A stretch of DNA of 64,000 bases from Candidatus Latescibacterota bacterium (GTDB lineage: Bacteria > Latescibacterota > UBA2968 > UBA8231), in NCBI GenBank assembly GCA_965223905.1, contig CBDCXV010000010.1, positions 1,952,001-2,016,000 of the forward strand, in the 5' to 3' direction. Made by a program: the position numbers and the translations under genes. Positions 43,240-52,979 of this stretch are shown here, one piece after another (position 1 is the first letter of the stretch; every line of letters begins with the position of its first letter). Below the pieces are notes generated by a model. It ran no database searches, was not told the DNA's origin, and saw nothing but the letters and a program-made list of their open reading frames with translations.

Positions 43240-43279
43240 TATGATCAATGATCATATGCAACTGTCGGGGGAGGAACAA
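43240..43279 (-). promoter_or_regulatory. Putative sigma70 promoter with a palindromic operator over the -10 box
   Basis: Minus strand TTGTTC-17 bp-TATGAT; perfect 8-1-8 palindrome TATGATCA-N-TGATCATA at 43240-43256. Confidence 0.6.
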
Positions 43280-43343
43280 GATACAGGCGGGATGCGGTGC
43301 GATTAGCGTGGCAGGCTGTGGAGCGAGTTGTCGGACGTTCGCC

Positions 43344-44543
43344 TCATCCCGTTGGCGGCCACGGCTCAAGACATGCACCGGACGGTCGCGAACCTGTCGG
43401 CCTCCAGCGCAGCTCGTCGTACGACTCGTACGCCACGTCGAGCCAATCGGTCTCGAGCCGACGGTGATTCTCGTAGCGCGACGTCAACGCCGCTTCCAGC
43501 ATTCCGCTCGTCAGCAGCGTCCGTTCCACCGGGTAGGTCGGCTGACCGGTGACGAACATCTCTTCGATGTTCAGGCTGAGATAGCTGAAGTGGGCGTGCG
43601 GCGAGCCGCCGCCGCCGTGACTCTGACAATGAAACTCCGCCGCTTCGAGGATGCCGTCCTTGTGTCGCGCAGCGTACGCGAGAGAGGTGACGTATCCGTT
43701 CAACATGAGTACAGAGCCTTTGAGTCCGTTGCGATACTCGACCGAGAACAGTGCCGGCATCTCACAATGATCCTCCATTCTGCCGTCCGGCTTCTCGTCG
43801 ATGGTATCGCAGGCCGCCTCGGCGAGTTCGCGCGACCACACTCCCGCCGCCGCCGCCTTCCACACCGCGTCGCCCTCGAGAAAGGTCACCGCGGCCACGC
43901 CGGTCTCGCCACCGCGCCGGCGCTCGACCATGCACTGCAACACCTCGAGGGTGTGAAACCCGTAGATGTCGAGCCCGGAAAAACCGACCGCCAGTGCCTC
44001 CTGCAGCTCCACGCCCTTTTCGTGCTCCAGCCACGGACTGCGCCACGCCACCGGCAGCGACGAGCCGGCCATGAACGGCGCTCCGAGCGCCCTGGCGCGA
44101 TCGCACATCCACTGGCAGTCGTGCCAGTTGTAGGAGAGGTGTTTGTCGTTGAAGACGGGAACGGCGCGACCGCTCGTCGCCATGACCCCGCAGATCTGCT
44201 CCATGAAGTACTTGCGCGGAAACAGATGCTGCTCTTTCTCGTTCCAGGCGTAGTCACCGTGCTCGCCGATCAGCAACACCCCATCGACAGCCAGGGAATC
44301 GCCACCCAGCGTCAAAGCGGCGCGAATGCTTGGGAAGATCGGCACGCCGTGCTCGGCGGAGATCTGGCTGCCGATGTCGCGGTCTGAAAGCTGGTCGATA
44401 TACATCGAGGCCACGTCCACCCTCGGCGCGAGCAGCCCCTCGTCGGTCGGAAAGCCCTTGAGGAACTTGGTGACGATGACATCGGCGTGCGAGTTGGGGA
44501 AGTATTCCGTTATGATTGCCGTGATTTTCTTCCTGTCGTTCAT
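43344..44543 (-). CDS. Conserved hypothetical protein, Gfo/Idh/MocA-like oxidoreductase fold
   Basis: TEYFPNSHADVI, VDGVLLIGEHG, VFNDKHLS, MAGSS, YGFHTLE motifs. Confidence 0.6.
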   Translation of the reverse strand: MNDRKKITAIITEYFPNSHADVIVTKFLKGFPTDEGLLAPRVDVASMYIDQLSDRDIGSQISAEHGVPIFPSIRAALTLGGDSLAVDGVLLIGEHGDYAWNEKEQHLFPRKYFMEQICGVMATSGRAVPVFNDKHLSYNWHDCQWMCDRARALGAPFMAGSSLPVAWRSPWLEHEKGVELQEALAVGFSGLDIYGFHTLEVLQCMVERRRGGETGVAAVTFLEGDAVWKAAAAGVWSRELAEAACDTIDEKPDGRMEDHCEMPALFSVEYRNGLKGSVLMLNGYVTSLAYAARHKDGILEAAEFHCQSHGGGGSPHAHFSYLSLNIEEMFVTGQPTYPVERTLLTSGMLEAALTSRYENHRRLETDWLDVAYESYDELRWRPTGSRPSGACLEPWPPTG

Positions 44544-44774
44544 AGACACTGGTAGTAGTCACGATACTCCTGGGCTGCGGCAATGGGAAGGTACGCCATA
44601 TCCGCGCTGTAGTCTCTGGCCGCCCACAAACGATGGATATCATCAACCTCTCCGACCTTGTCTATACGCAAGAGTCTTCTTATAAGGTCCCATTGTTTGT
44701 TTTGCTCGAATCAAAATACTGTAGCCTGGAGAGTGTTGAGGAAGAAGCATTCATCTGGTAGCGAGGGACAAGGG

Positions 44775-47504
44775 ATGAAAAGGACATTGGCAGCAGTAGC
44801 GTTGTTGATGGCCGGACTGGCATGCGCACAGGACACCGCGGACCCTCCTGGCGCAAACATCGCCTTCGGGGCGAGCTACACGCTGGAGCCGGGGCCGAAT
44901 TACGGGCTGAGCACGGACGCCGCTGATTACGAGCAACTGACGGATGGGGTACAACTCGAAACGCAGGAGAGTCTCTGGGGACAGCTGTCGACTGTGGGCT
45001 GGCAGGATAAGAGTCCCGTGATCGTGACGTTGGACCTGGGTACGGTGATGCCCATACGGGGTGTTTCGTTCCATACGGCGGGAGGGAGGGCGGGCGTGAG
45101 GTGGCCGCAGGCGATCCGCATCCTCACGGCGGATGAAGACGGGCAGTTCCATGAGATCGGGGATTTGGTGGAATTGAGCGCGGAACACGGCTCGCCCGTA
45201 ACGACGGGGTATGTGACGCATCGGTACTGGACGGGCCAGTTGCGGACGCACGGCCGCTTTGTCGGTCTGGTGGTGTGGAACGAGCCGTTCACGTTCGTGG
45301 ACGAGATCGAGGTCTACCTGGGAGAGCCGGAGTGGATGGATGAGCCGCTACCGGGGCCGGCCATCGGGGACTTGAAGGCGTATGCGGGCGGGATCGCCAT
45401 CCAGGACGGGATTCAGATGCGCCTCATGCGAGACATCGAGGCCCTGAGAGTAACGGCGGAAGAAGAGGGTGTCCCGGTGCAGACGCGGGGCGATGTGCTG
45501 GCCGAATTGTCGGCCGTCGAAGCGGATCTGGGGCTGGCCACGGCGTTCGAGGACGGCTTTCGGGCGGTTCTGCCGCTGAATGCGTGGCACGAACGGGTGT
45601 TGCGCACGCAGGCGTGGCTCTGGCGCGCCAAGGGTCTGGAGCCGCTCACGTTCTGGCGCTCGAATCTGTGGGATCCGCTTCCCCTCATCAGCACGCCGGA
45701 TACGGCGGGAGAACTGGCCGTCGAGGTGCACCTGATGCGGAAGGAACACCGGGCGGCGGCGTTCAACGTGAGCAACAGCAGTGACGAGCCGATGCAGGTG
45801 ACGCTCCGTTTGAGCGGCCTGCCTGGGGGCGACAATCCACAGTATGTGACCGTCCACGAGGTGGCCTGGACGGACACGCGGCGCGGGGTACCGGTGGCGG
45901 CGGCCCTGCCAGAGGTAGTTGCTGAGAACGATCTGTATACGGTGAGCGTGCCCTCGGGCATGACGCGGCAGGTGTGGCTGACGTTCCATCCGGTGGACGT
46001 CGAACCGGGTACGCATGAGGGCGAGGTCATCGTGGAGAGTGTCCCCGGGGGCAAGCGGTTTCCGCTGGTCATGCACCTGTATCCCCTGGATTTCCCGGAG
46101 AAGCAGTCGCTACACCTGGGCGGGTGGGACTATACGGACCGGATCGGTCATTTCCCCTTCATAACAGAGCAGAACCGCTTGGCGCTCATCGAGCACCTGC
46201 GCGAACATCGCGTCGACTCCCCATGGGGCCTCAAGCTGGCGCTACCGAGGGGCACGCACGATGCGACGGGGGCGATGACGGCGCCACCCGACACCGACTA
46301 CTTCGATGCGTGGATCGAGTTGTGGCCGGATGCCGCCCAGTACCTCGTGTTCGCGAAAGTGGGCGATCAGTTCGAGTCGTGGCCCATGGGCACGCCGGAA
46401 TTCACGACGGCGGTGAAGGACTGGGTCCAGTTCTGGGCGGAGCATGCGGTGACCAGGGGCGTGCGGCCGGAGCAGCTGGCGCTGCTGCTGGTGGATGAGC
46501 CTGACGAGCCCTGGATGGATGAGCGCATTCTGGCGTGGGCGAAGGCCATCCGGGAAGCGAATACTGGGGTCCGCATCTGGGAGGATGTGAACCACGAGGA
46601 CATGAACGAGGCGAATCAGGAGATGATTGACGCGTGCCACGTGTTGTGCCCGAACTATCAGGCCTTCGTGAGCAAGGGCGAGGACTATCGCGACTACTTC
46701 GTCAACAAACGTGATCAGGGAATCGGCTTGGAGTTCTACACGGCGTGGACGGGTCGAGTTTATGATCCGTATGCGGGCAGGCTCATGGCGTGGACGAGCT
46801 GGCGCTACGGAGCGACAGCCTTCTACATGTGGTCGCTGACGGACACGGGCGGCGCCTCATCGTGGAACGAGTATCTCACCATCAATGATCCGTACGCGCC
46901 GTTGTTCATCGACGAGGTCTCGGTGACGGCCGGGAAACACCTCGCGGCGGCTCGGGAAGGGGTGCAGGATTACGAGTATTTCGTGATGTTGGATCGGGCG
47001 ATCCGGGAGGCGTCTGCGCAGGGGATGACGGGTCCGGAGGTGGAGGAGGCGCGTCGGTTGCTGGAGAGCCTGCCGGCGAGTGTCTTGGAGTCGGCGGGCC
47101 AGGGGACCAACTGGCTGAGTGAGCGCGACCGCACGCTGGCGGACGAGGCCCGGATTAGAGTGCTGTCGGAGTTGATGGCGTTGGCGGCGATGACCGCTGT
47201 GATGGAGGAGCCGGTCACGGTACCCCACGAGTTCAGGCTGGAGCAGAGCTATCCCAATCCTTTCAACCCCAACACCACGATTGAGTTTTCAGTTCCCACG
47301 CGGGGTGATGTTGAGCTCGCGATCTACAATCTCGCTGGTCAGAAAACCCGGAGATTGCTGAGCACGGTACTGGATGCAGGGGATCACTCGGTCACGTGGG
47401 ACGGTCGGGACAAGCACGGACGTGAACTCGCCAGTGGCGTGTACATGTATAGGCTGCAGGCGGGGGAACTGGTGGACTCGCGCAGACTTCTGTTGCTGAA
47501 ATAG
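44775..47504 (+). CDS. Secreted discoidin + DUF4091-like glycoside hydrolase with a type-A-like (PNPFNP) FlgD C-terminal domain
   Basis: Signal peptide; LTDG..VTLDLG..FVDEIEV; LLVDEP; REGVQDYEY; TAVMEE..LEQSYPNPFNP...ASGVY.YRL...RRLLLLK. Confidence 0.75.
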   Translation: MKRTLAAVALLMAGLACAQDTADPPGANIAFGASYTLEPGPNYGLSTDAADYEQLTDGVQLETQESLWGQLSTVGWQDKSPVIVTLDLGTVMPIRGVSFHTAGGRAGVRWPQAIRILTADEDGQFHEIGDLVELSAEHGSPVTTGYVTHRYWTGQLRTHGRFVGLVVWNEPFTFVDEIEVYLGEPEWMDEPLPGPAIGDLKAYAGGIAIQDGIQMRLMRDIEALRVTAEEEGVPVQTRGDVLAELSAVEADLGLATAFEDGFRAVLPLNAWHERVLRTQAWLWRAKGLEPLTFWRSNLWDPLPLISTPDTAGELAVEVHLMRKEHRAAAFNVSNSSDEPMQVTLRLSGLPGGDNPQYVTVHEVAWTDTRRGVPVAAALPEVVAENDLYTVSVPSGMTRQVWLTFHPVDVEPGTHEGEVIVESVPGGKRFPLVMHLYPLDFPEKQSLHLGGWDYTDRIGHFPFITEQNRLALIEHLREHRVDSPWGLKLALPRGTHDATGAMTAPPDTDYFDAWIELWPDAAQYLVFAKVGDQFESWPMGTPEFTTAVKDWVQFWAEHAVTRGVRPEQLALLLVDEPDEPWMDERILAWAKAIREANTGVRIWEDVNHEDMNEANQEMIDACHVLCPNYQAFVSKGEDYRDYFVNKRDQGIGLEFYTAWTGRVYDPYAGRLMAWTSWRYGATAFYMWSLTDTGGASSWNEYLTINDPYAPLFIDEVSVTAGKHLAAAREGVQDYEYFVMLDRAIREASAQGMTGPEVEEARRLLESLPASVLESAGQGTNWLSERDRTLADEARIRVLSELMALAAMTAVMEEPVTVPHEFRLEQSYPNPFNPNTTIEFSVPTRGDVELAIYNLAGQKTRRLLSTVLDAGDHSVTWDGRDKHGRELASGVYMYRLQAGELVDSRRLLLLK

Positions 47505-47581
47505 TACTGCGGCCGCGAAGCCAAGCAGTCTGTTGCGACGAAGGTCGTCTGTCGTGGAATCGCCGCCGTCGCGCCCATTCA

Positions 47582-49117
47582 TCAGCTGGCCTCCACAAAC
47601 TGGAACGCGTAGAGCTTCGCCGAACGCATCTTGATCTTCAACCTGACAGGCCGGCCACTCATCGAGCCGACGTCGGGGCCTCCCCGCCACCAGACCTCCT
47701 GCGCGACACCGTTCCGGTCGACCGACACGGCGTCCTCGAACGTGTAGCCGGGCAACGGTTTGCCGCTTTCGTCCTGGAGCTCGACCCACGCTTCGCCCAT
47801 GGCGCTGCAGTCGATGTTCAGCAGCAGACCGTTCCCCGCGAACTCGATCGGTGGCGTCGCGAACCACCCACCATTCGGCCCTGCATCGACCGAGACGAAA
47901 CCGTCCAAACGCTGTTTGGCCTGCCAGATGTACACGTCGCGGTCGTAGTAACCGTGGGTGCACGCTCCCTCGGCGTAGTATTGGTAGATGTAGTTCCCCC
48001 GCCGGACCAGCCCTACACCCATATAGACTGATCCCCCGAGCTGGGGCTCGTCCATCAGGCCAAGGCCAGCGTATGGCGTACGGAACCGCTCGAACGTGAC
48101 GCCGTCGCGGCTCACGGCGAGCTGCACCTCCAGCGGGCCGGCATTCTGTTTCTGACCGCGGTCGTCTCGCCCGTGGCTGTCTTGCCCCTCGTAATGCCGG
48201 TACAGTGTTGGAAAGGCAAAGGTGGCGTCATCGGCCCATTCATAGGAGTTGACACAGGGCGTGTAGACGTCCGTGGCCGGCGGGTCGCGCTCGTCACACT
48301 CCATGACGAAAGGGGCGCATTGCGGCGGCAACCGGTCGTAAAGCCCCACCGGGCTCCTGGGCAGCGTCGTGTCCTCATGAAAATTGAACGGCAACTGCGT
48401 GAGCGCGGGCGAGGTCAAACGAGCGACCGTGCGCCTTCTTCCCGGGACCGGCGACGCACCGCGCAGATAGGCGACGTAGGAGCCGGCGCCGGCATCGTAG
48501 AAGACCTGGTTCTGCGAGTCACAGCGAAAGGGAACGACGACTCCGTTGTGCCGGCGCCACGATAGGCCATCCTCGGAGTGGAGGAGGTACAGCCCGGCGT
48601 GAACTGGCCGGCTGCCGTCGGGGGCGTCGTAGCCGCCGAAGTACGTGTCCTCGGCCTCCTCCCAGACTGGCTGCTCGGTGCGCTCGCCCAGCGTGCCAAC
48701 GAACCAAAACCTAGAACCGCATGTCTCATTAGAATCGAGGAACGGCGTGCCGACCGCACCGGGCATGACCACGTTGTTGTGAGCCAGCCCCGCCACCTCG
48801 AACTGGTCCACAGGCGCCAGCTCCCAGTTGATGCCGTCGTCCGACCAGGCTAGGGAGCACATGCTATTCCGATGATCAGGCTCACTCGTCTCCCTCGGCC
48901 TCATGTGGTAATACATCCAGAGACGACCATCGACATCGAGTACTGTCAGGTAGTGGTTGCTTGGTTGCAAACCGGAGAGGGACGTCAGATTGACAGGTGT
49001 GCGCTGCAAGGGGGGATTGACCGTGAACTGCAGGCCTGTGGACGATTCGACGAAGCGACGGTCAAACAGGAGCTGCTTGCGTGTCCCGATATCCCATACC
49101 TGAGTGGTGTCTGTCAT
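47582..49117 (-). CDS. GH32/GH-J-like beta-propeller glycosidase-like protein
   Basis: IGTRKQLLFD, SDDGINW, CDSQN.VFYD..YVAYLR, QLAVSRDG, RLDGFVS..LNIDCS motifs. Confidence 0.75.
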   Translation of the reverse strand: MTDTTQVWDIGTRKQLLFDRRFVESSTGLQFTVNPPLQRTPVNLTSLSGLQPSNHYLTVLDVDGRLWMYYHMRPRETSEPDHRNSMCSLAWSDDGINWELAPVDQFEVAGLAHNNVVMPGAVGTPFLDSNETCGSRFWFVGTLGERTEQPVWEEAEDTYFGGYDAPDGSRPVHAGLYLLHSEDGLSWRRHNGVVVPFRCDSQNQVFYDAGAGSYVAYLRGASPVPGRRRTVARLTSPALTQLPFNFHEDTTLPRSPVGLYDRLPPQCAPFVMECDERDPPATDVYTPCVNSYEWADDATFAFPTLYRHYEGQDSHGRDDRGQKQNAGPLEVQLAVSRDGVTFERFRTPYAGLGLMDEPQLGGSVYMGVGLVRRGNYIYQYYAEGACTHGYYDRDVYIWQAKQRLDGFVSVDAGPNGGWFATPPIEFAGNGLLLNIDCSAMGEAWVELQDESGKPLPGYTFEDAVSVDRNGVAQEVWWRGGPDVGSMSGRPVRLKIKMRSAKLYAFQFVEAS

Positions 49118-49143
49118 CGTCTCTTCTTTTCTCCCCGGAGATC

Positions 49144-51597
49144 CTACTCGAACCACATCGTGCCGAATCGCTCGACGTTGTGGAACGAACCGAACGTCGG
49201 GCGCCAGGTCGAGAGCTCACGCTGCCAGCCATCCTTGCCGGCAGCCTTGTAGAAATGGTTCCTGCAGAAATTGGCGCGCCACGGGTTGTCCTTCGTGGGG
49301 TGGGCCAAATCAAGCGATGCCAGCGGAATCACCAGTTCCGCCGTCCACTCGTTCTCACCCATTGACGCCTCGTACACCACCCCACGGCAATCCCATTTCA
49401 TCATGTCCTTCGTGAACGGCGTAGTCCTGTCCGGGTGAAAGTTATCCGTGTAGATATTGTCCGGCCCGACCACGAACTGGTACTTCTTGACGCCTTCGAC
49501 AAAGAATATTTCGGCGCTATCGTCGGCCATCCAGATCGAGTCGTCCTCGCTCCCGGGCGGGAGCGTGCGCCGGGGCGGGAGCCCGCTCAGCGATGCGCGA
49601 ATCCCCACGTAGAGGTTCTCATCGTCCCGCCCGAAGCGCATCTCCGTCTGACCATGCACATCCACCCGGTTGAAGCTGTCGCAGAAGTTCCCGGCCACGG
49701 CTGCGGTGTGCCAGAACGTATCGGTGAGCTTGCCGTCGACGATCGGCTTACCGACGGTTGCCCTGACACTGATTGCGTCGTTCTCGACCTCCCTCTGCAG
49801 TGCGGCACTCAACCGCTTGCTCGCGGCTTCAAAGGGCAGGAAGCCTTCTAATGTTCGAGCGGCGCGTGCATGGTAGGGCTGTTGCCCCCGCGAAACCCGT
49901 TCTGCCTCTCTGAGATGCTCTATGGTCTTCTGCACGAATGCCTGGGGATAGACCTGACCCCAGACACTTCTGTAGTCCCAGAGTTCGGACTTGTTGTTGG
50001 GGTCCATGTACGCCGCTTCCATCGCCGAATAGAACTGCTGGACCGAAGGACCGGCCGGCCCGTAGAACTCTTCATAGAACTCGGCCAGCATAGCATCGAC
50101 GTCCTGATCCAGATTCCACATCAGCTTCATGGCGATGTAAACGTTGAGCGAGTCGAAGATCCAGTCCGCCCAGCTCCCGTGGCCTGTGATGTCGATGCCC
50201 TCGCTGTCGTACTTCGTGAACGCGAGCACGCGCCCTTTCACGCGGCCGCGCTCCAGCGCGAACCAATCCTGAATCATGTGCGGGAAGATGGTCGGCGCGC
50301 CGTACGTGCCCTTGTCGTAGCGCGGATTGTTCCAGTAATCCCAGACATAGATGTTCTCTGTCTTCTCGGACCAGTCCGTCATGCGCTCCAGATGGGACGC
50401 TCTCGCGTTCGCATCGGTCGCGAGATTCTGTGAACTGGAGCCGATGCACAGCGTTACCCCTATGTTCGACTCCAGATCGATGTTCTCTGGTATTGCCGAG
50501 TAGTCGGAGTACGAAGCGCAGGTAATGATGCGCCCCGGGTGACTCTTTCGAATCTCGCGGGCCACCTTGTTGACGAAGCTCCAGACGTAGTCGCTGTGTC
50601 GCGCGCCGCTGGGTTTGTCCGGGTCGACGGCGGCCTGGCAGTCCTCGCACCGGCACATGTACGCTCCCATGCTGTCACCGGGCATGACGGACGCGTAGAG
50701 CCGCCAGGGCTTTTCGTCGAATTCCTTCCGCTTGTCGGCGATCGTCTGCTGCAGCACGAGCGCGTCACTGAAGCAGACGTGGCCGCCCATACTGCCCTCC
50801 TGAATCAGCGTGTGTCCGGCGTCTTGCAGCGCGAACCACTCCGGATGCTGCTTGCCGAAGCGACTCGGCCAGTCGTTGAACGAGTGCATGCCGATCGGGC
50901 TGCCACCCGGCGCGCCCCAGCGCATGCGGCGCCACCAGGTCCAGATGTCGAGGTGGGTGAAATCCGCCTCGTCGTGATACGAGTTGAAGGCGAACCGCGT
51001 GTCGAAGGTCGGTGCGCCGCCCCAGCGTACTCCATCGACAGCCAGCGTCGCGTGTTCGGGCACAACCCTGCCCAGCTCGCCAGGCCAGTACCAACGCACA
51101 CCGACGACGCGTTCGAGAAACTCATAGACCGCGTACAGTGTGCCGAAGGGGAGCAGAATGTTGGACGCTGGATCCGGGTCGAATTCCGAGTCGCCGCCGC
51201 TCACCACCAGGGCCTGACCGGCGCGCGACACGACCCAGTTGTCAGGCGCCAGATAGCGAGGTGCCAGCCCCAAGCGCTCCGTCAGCTCTGTCGTACCCAC
51301 CTGGATCGTCGGTCCCGTGATCGGCTGGCCGTCCTCGGCCACGGGAAGCTCAGTGCCGGTACTGAGCTCGAGATGCTCGTTCAGCTCCTTCACTGCGTAG
51401 CGGACGGTGTGAGTGGCGTTCCTGCCGATCACGATGGTCGCGGCAGGCTCGCCGTCCCGGACCAGGACGAGGGTGCCGTTTGCCGGTTCCAGGCCGGCGA
51501 CCCGGTTGGGCTGCTGTGGGGCCTCCTTCGAGAGCAAGGCGCCCGGACGGACGGCCAGGCAGCAGACGGCGAGTGCGATAAGGCGGAAGAATCGCAT
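49144..51597 (-). CDS. Secreted DUF4838 protein with a C-terminal CBM9-like sugar-binding domain
   Basis: GTLYAVYEFLE..GVRWYWPGELG, HSF...HPEWFA, CRCEDC, PIVDGKL.D..W, WTAELVIP, WRANFCRN. Confidence 0.8.
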   Translation of the reverse strand: MRFFRLIALAVCCLAVRPGALLSKEAPQQPNRVAGLEPANGTLVLVRDGEPAATIVIGRNATHTVRYAVKELNEHLELSTGTELPVAEDGQPITGPTIQVGTTELTERLGLAPRYLAPDNWVVSRAGQALVVSGGDSEFDPDPASNILLPFGTLYAVYEFLERVVGVRWYWPGELGRVVPEHATLAVDGVRWGGAPTFDTRFAFNSYHDEADFTHLDIWTWWRRMRWGAPGGSPIGMHSFNDWPSRFGKQHPEWFALQDAGHTLIQEGSMGGHVCFSDALVLQQTIADKRKEFDEKPWRLYASVMPGDSMGAYMCRCEDCQAAVDPDKPSGARHSDYVWSFVNKVAREIRKSHPGRIITCASYSDYSAIPENIDLESNIGVTLCIGSSSQNLATDANARASHLERMTDWSEKTENIYVWDYWNNPRYDKGTYGAPTIFPHMIQDWFALERGRVKGRVLAFTKYDSEGIDITGHGSWADWIFDSLNVYIAMKLMWNLDQDVDAMLAEFYEEFYGPAGPSVQQFYSAMEAAYMDPNNKSELWDYRSVWGQVYPQAFVQKTIEHLREAERVSRGQQPYHARAARTLEGFLPFEAASKRLSAALQREVENDAISVRATVGKPIVDGKLTDTFWHTAAVAGNFCDSFNRVDVHGQTEMRFGRDDENLYVGIRASLSGLPPRRTLPPGSEDDSIWMADDSAEIFFVEGVKKYQFVVGPDNIYTDNFHPDRTTPFTKDMMKWDCRGVVYEASMGENEWTAELVIPLASLDLAHPTKDNPWRANFCRNHFYKAAGKDGWQRELSTWRPTFGSFHNVERFGTMWFE

Positions 51598-51609
51598 GTG
51601 TTGGCCTCC

Positions 51610-52683
51610 TTACTCTCTCAAGCTCAGCTCTGCCATGTAGATCGAACAGGGCGCGGCACCCGAGCGGCTGCCCTCGTGGCTGGAATAGTACGAAAGCAGC
51701 CCTCTCGTGGGGCTGAGCTCGATGAACCCGGGATAGGAGTTGTCCCCGCCGCTGGGCAGTTCCGCGGCATCGACCAGACGCTCGCCATCCAACCAGTACA
51801 GGACCGTCCGGGGATCGTCCGGTGGGACGGCATCGGGCTCGGTGAAGAAGTTCAACGGATACCGGCCAGATACCGGCTCGAAGGGTTTGCGCCCCCCGAC
51901 CAGGTACCGGGCACCCCATTTGACCAACAGCGGGCCGCCGATAAAGCAATCCAGGTCGGTTCGGACCCACTCGGAATACGGCGGTTTGGAGCGGCAGAGT
52001 TGTGAGCTATCCATAGTGCACCGGGCAACCGCCAACACGCTACCGTCCGGCTCGAACAGAAAAGCTGTCTCGTTTCCGTGCGTCGTTTGAAACAGGGCGT
52101 GCGTCCGCCAAATGAGCCCGTCGTCGCTTGCCAGCATAGCGGATTCGTGGAAGGATCGATCGTCGGCCTGCAGCTCGACGAACCCGCGCTTTCGCCGGCC
52201 ACACAGGTACGCGGTCCCGCCGTGCGCCGCTGCTCGCCAGATGAAATGCCCGTAGGTTCCCTCCAGCGCGATCGGTTCGCTCCACGAGCGGCCGTCGGCG
52301 CTCACAGCCGCATACCCAAGCTGCTGGTTCATCTCGGGGTGCCTCCAATTACCCTCTGGCGCCAAATCTCCGCAGTACGCCAAATCTCCGCAGTACCAGG
52401 TGCCGGTGTAGACGAACAATTGGTCTTTGAAACTCAGGAAATGCGCATCGCGTACATCCCGATCAGGCACGCTGAACGCATGCACCTGCTCCCACTCCAC
52501 TCCATCGCCGCTGCAGAGGACGACGACGCGGGAGGTGGGGAACACCATGTGTCCGTCCGGACACGAGCGGAAGCACAGATACATCTTGCCGCCGAAACGG
52601 CACATGTCGGTAAATGCGTTGTGATTCCCGTCGTCGAAAATTTTGCGCACCGAATCGACGTGTATTTCTGGTAATTTGGTCAT
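51610..52683 (-). CDS. BNR/Asp-box sialidase-like beta-propeller protein
   Basis: HNAFTD, SGDG..W, DVRDAH, SADGRSW, SDDG..W, NETA, LPSGGDNSYPG, SYYSSHE. Confidence 0.65.
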   Translation of the reverse strand: MTKLPEIHVDSVRKIFDDGNHNAFTDMCRFGGKMYLCFRSCPDGHMVFPTSRVVVLCSGDGVEWEQVHAFSVPDRDVRDAHFLSFKDQLFVYTGTWYCGDLAYCGDLAPEGNWRHPEMNQQLGYAAVSADGRSWSEPIALEGTYGHFIWRAAAHGGTAYLCGRRKRGFVELQADDRSFHESAMLASDDGLIWRTHALFQTTHGNETAFLFEPDGSVLAVARCTMDSSQLCRSKPPYSEWVRTDLDCFIGGPLLVKWGARYLVGGRKPFEPVSGRYPLNFFTEPDAVPPDDPRTVLYWLDGERLVDAAELPSGGDNSYPGFIELSPTRGLLSYYSSHEGSRSGAAPCSIYMAELSLRE

Positions 52684-52979
52684 GCTCTGCCTTTCCGGTT
52701 GACCGGGATCTCCCATAGTGCCGCCGTCACCGCACGGCGTGCCGTTTCGCAGGCAGCGCCCGGGAATCGCAGTATGGATCTGACGGGCATTGAGAAAGAA
52801 AAGGAAGGTTCGATTGGTCTGGGCCGCAATTACCTGACTCGATCCCAACGCCAGATGTTGACGTAATCCTGTTCCGACGGACGATCCTCCGGCGGCACCA
52901 TAGTCAGCTGGTAGAGGTCTCCGGTTGAATCAGCGATGTAGAAATCGCCGGTTTCTGACCGGAGTCTCGCAGGCTCCGC

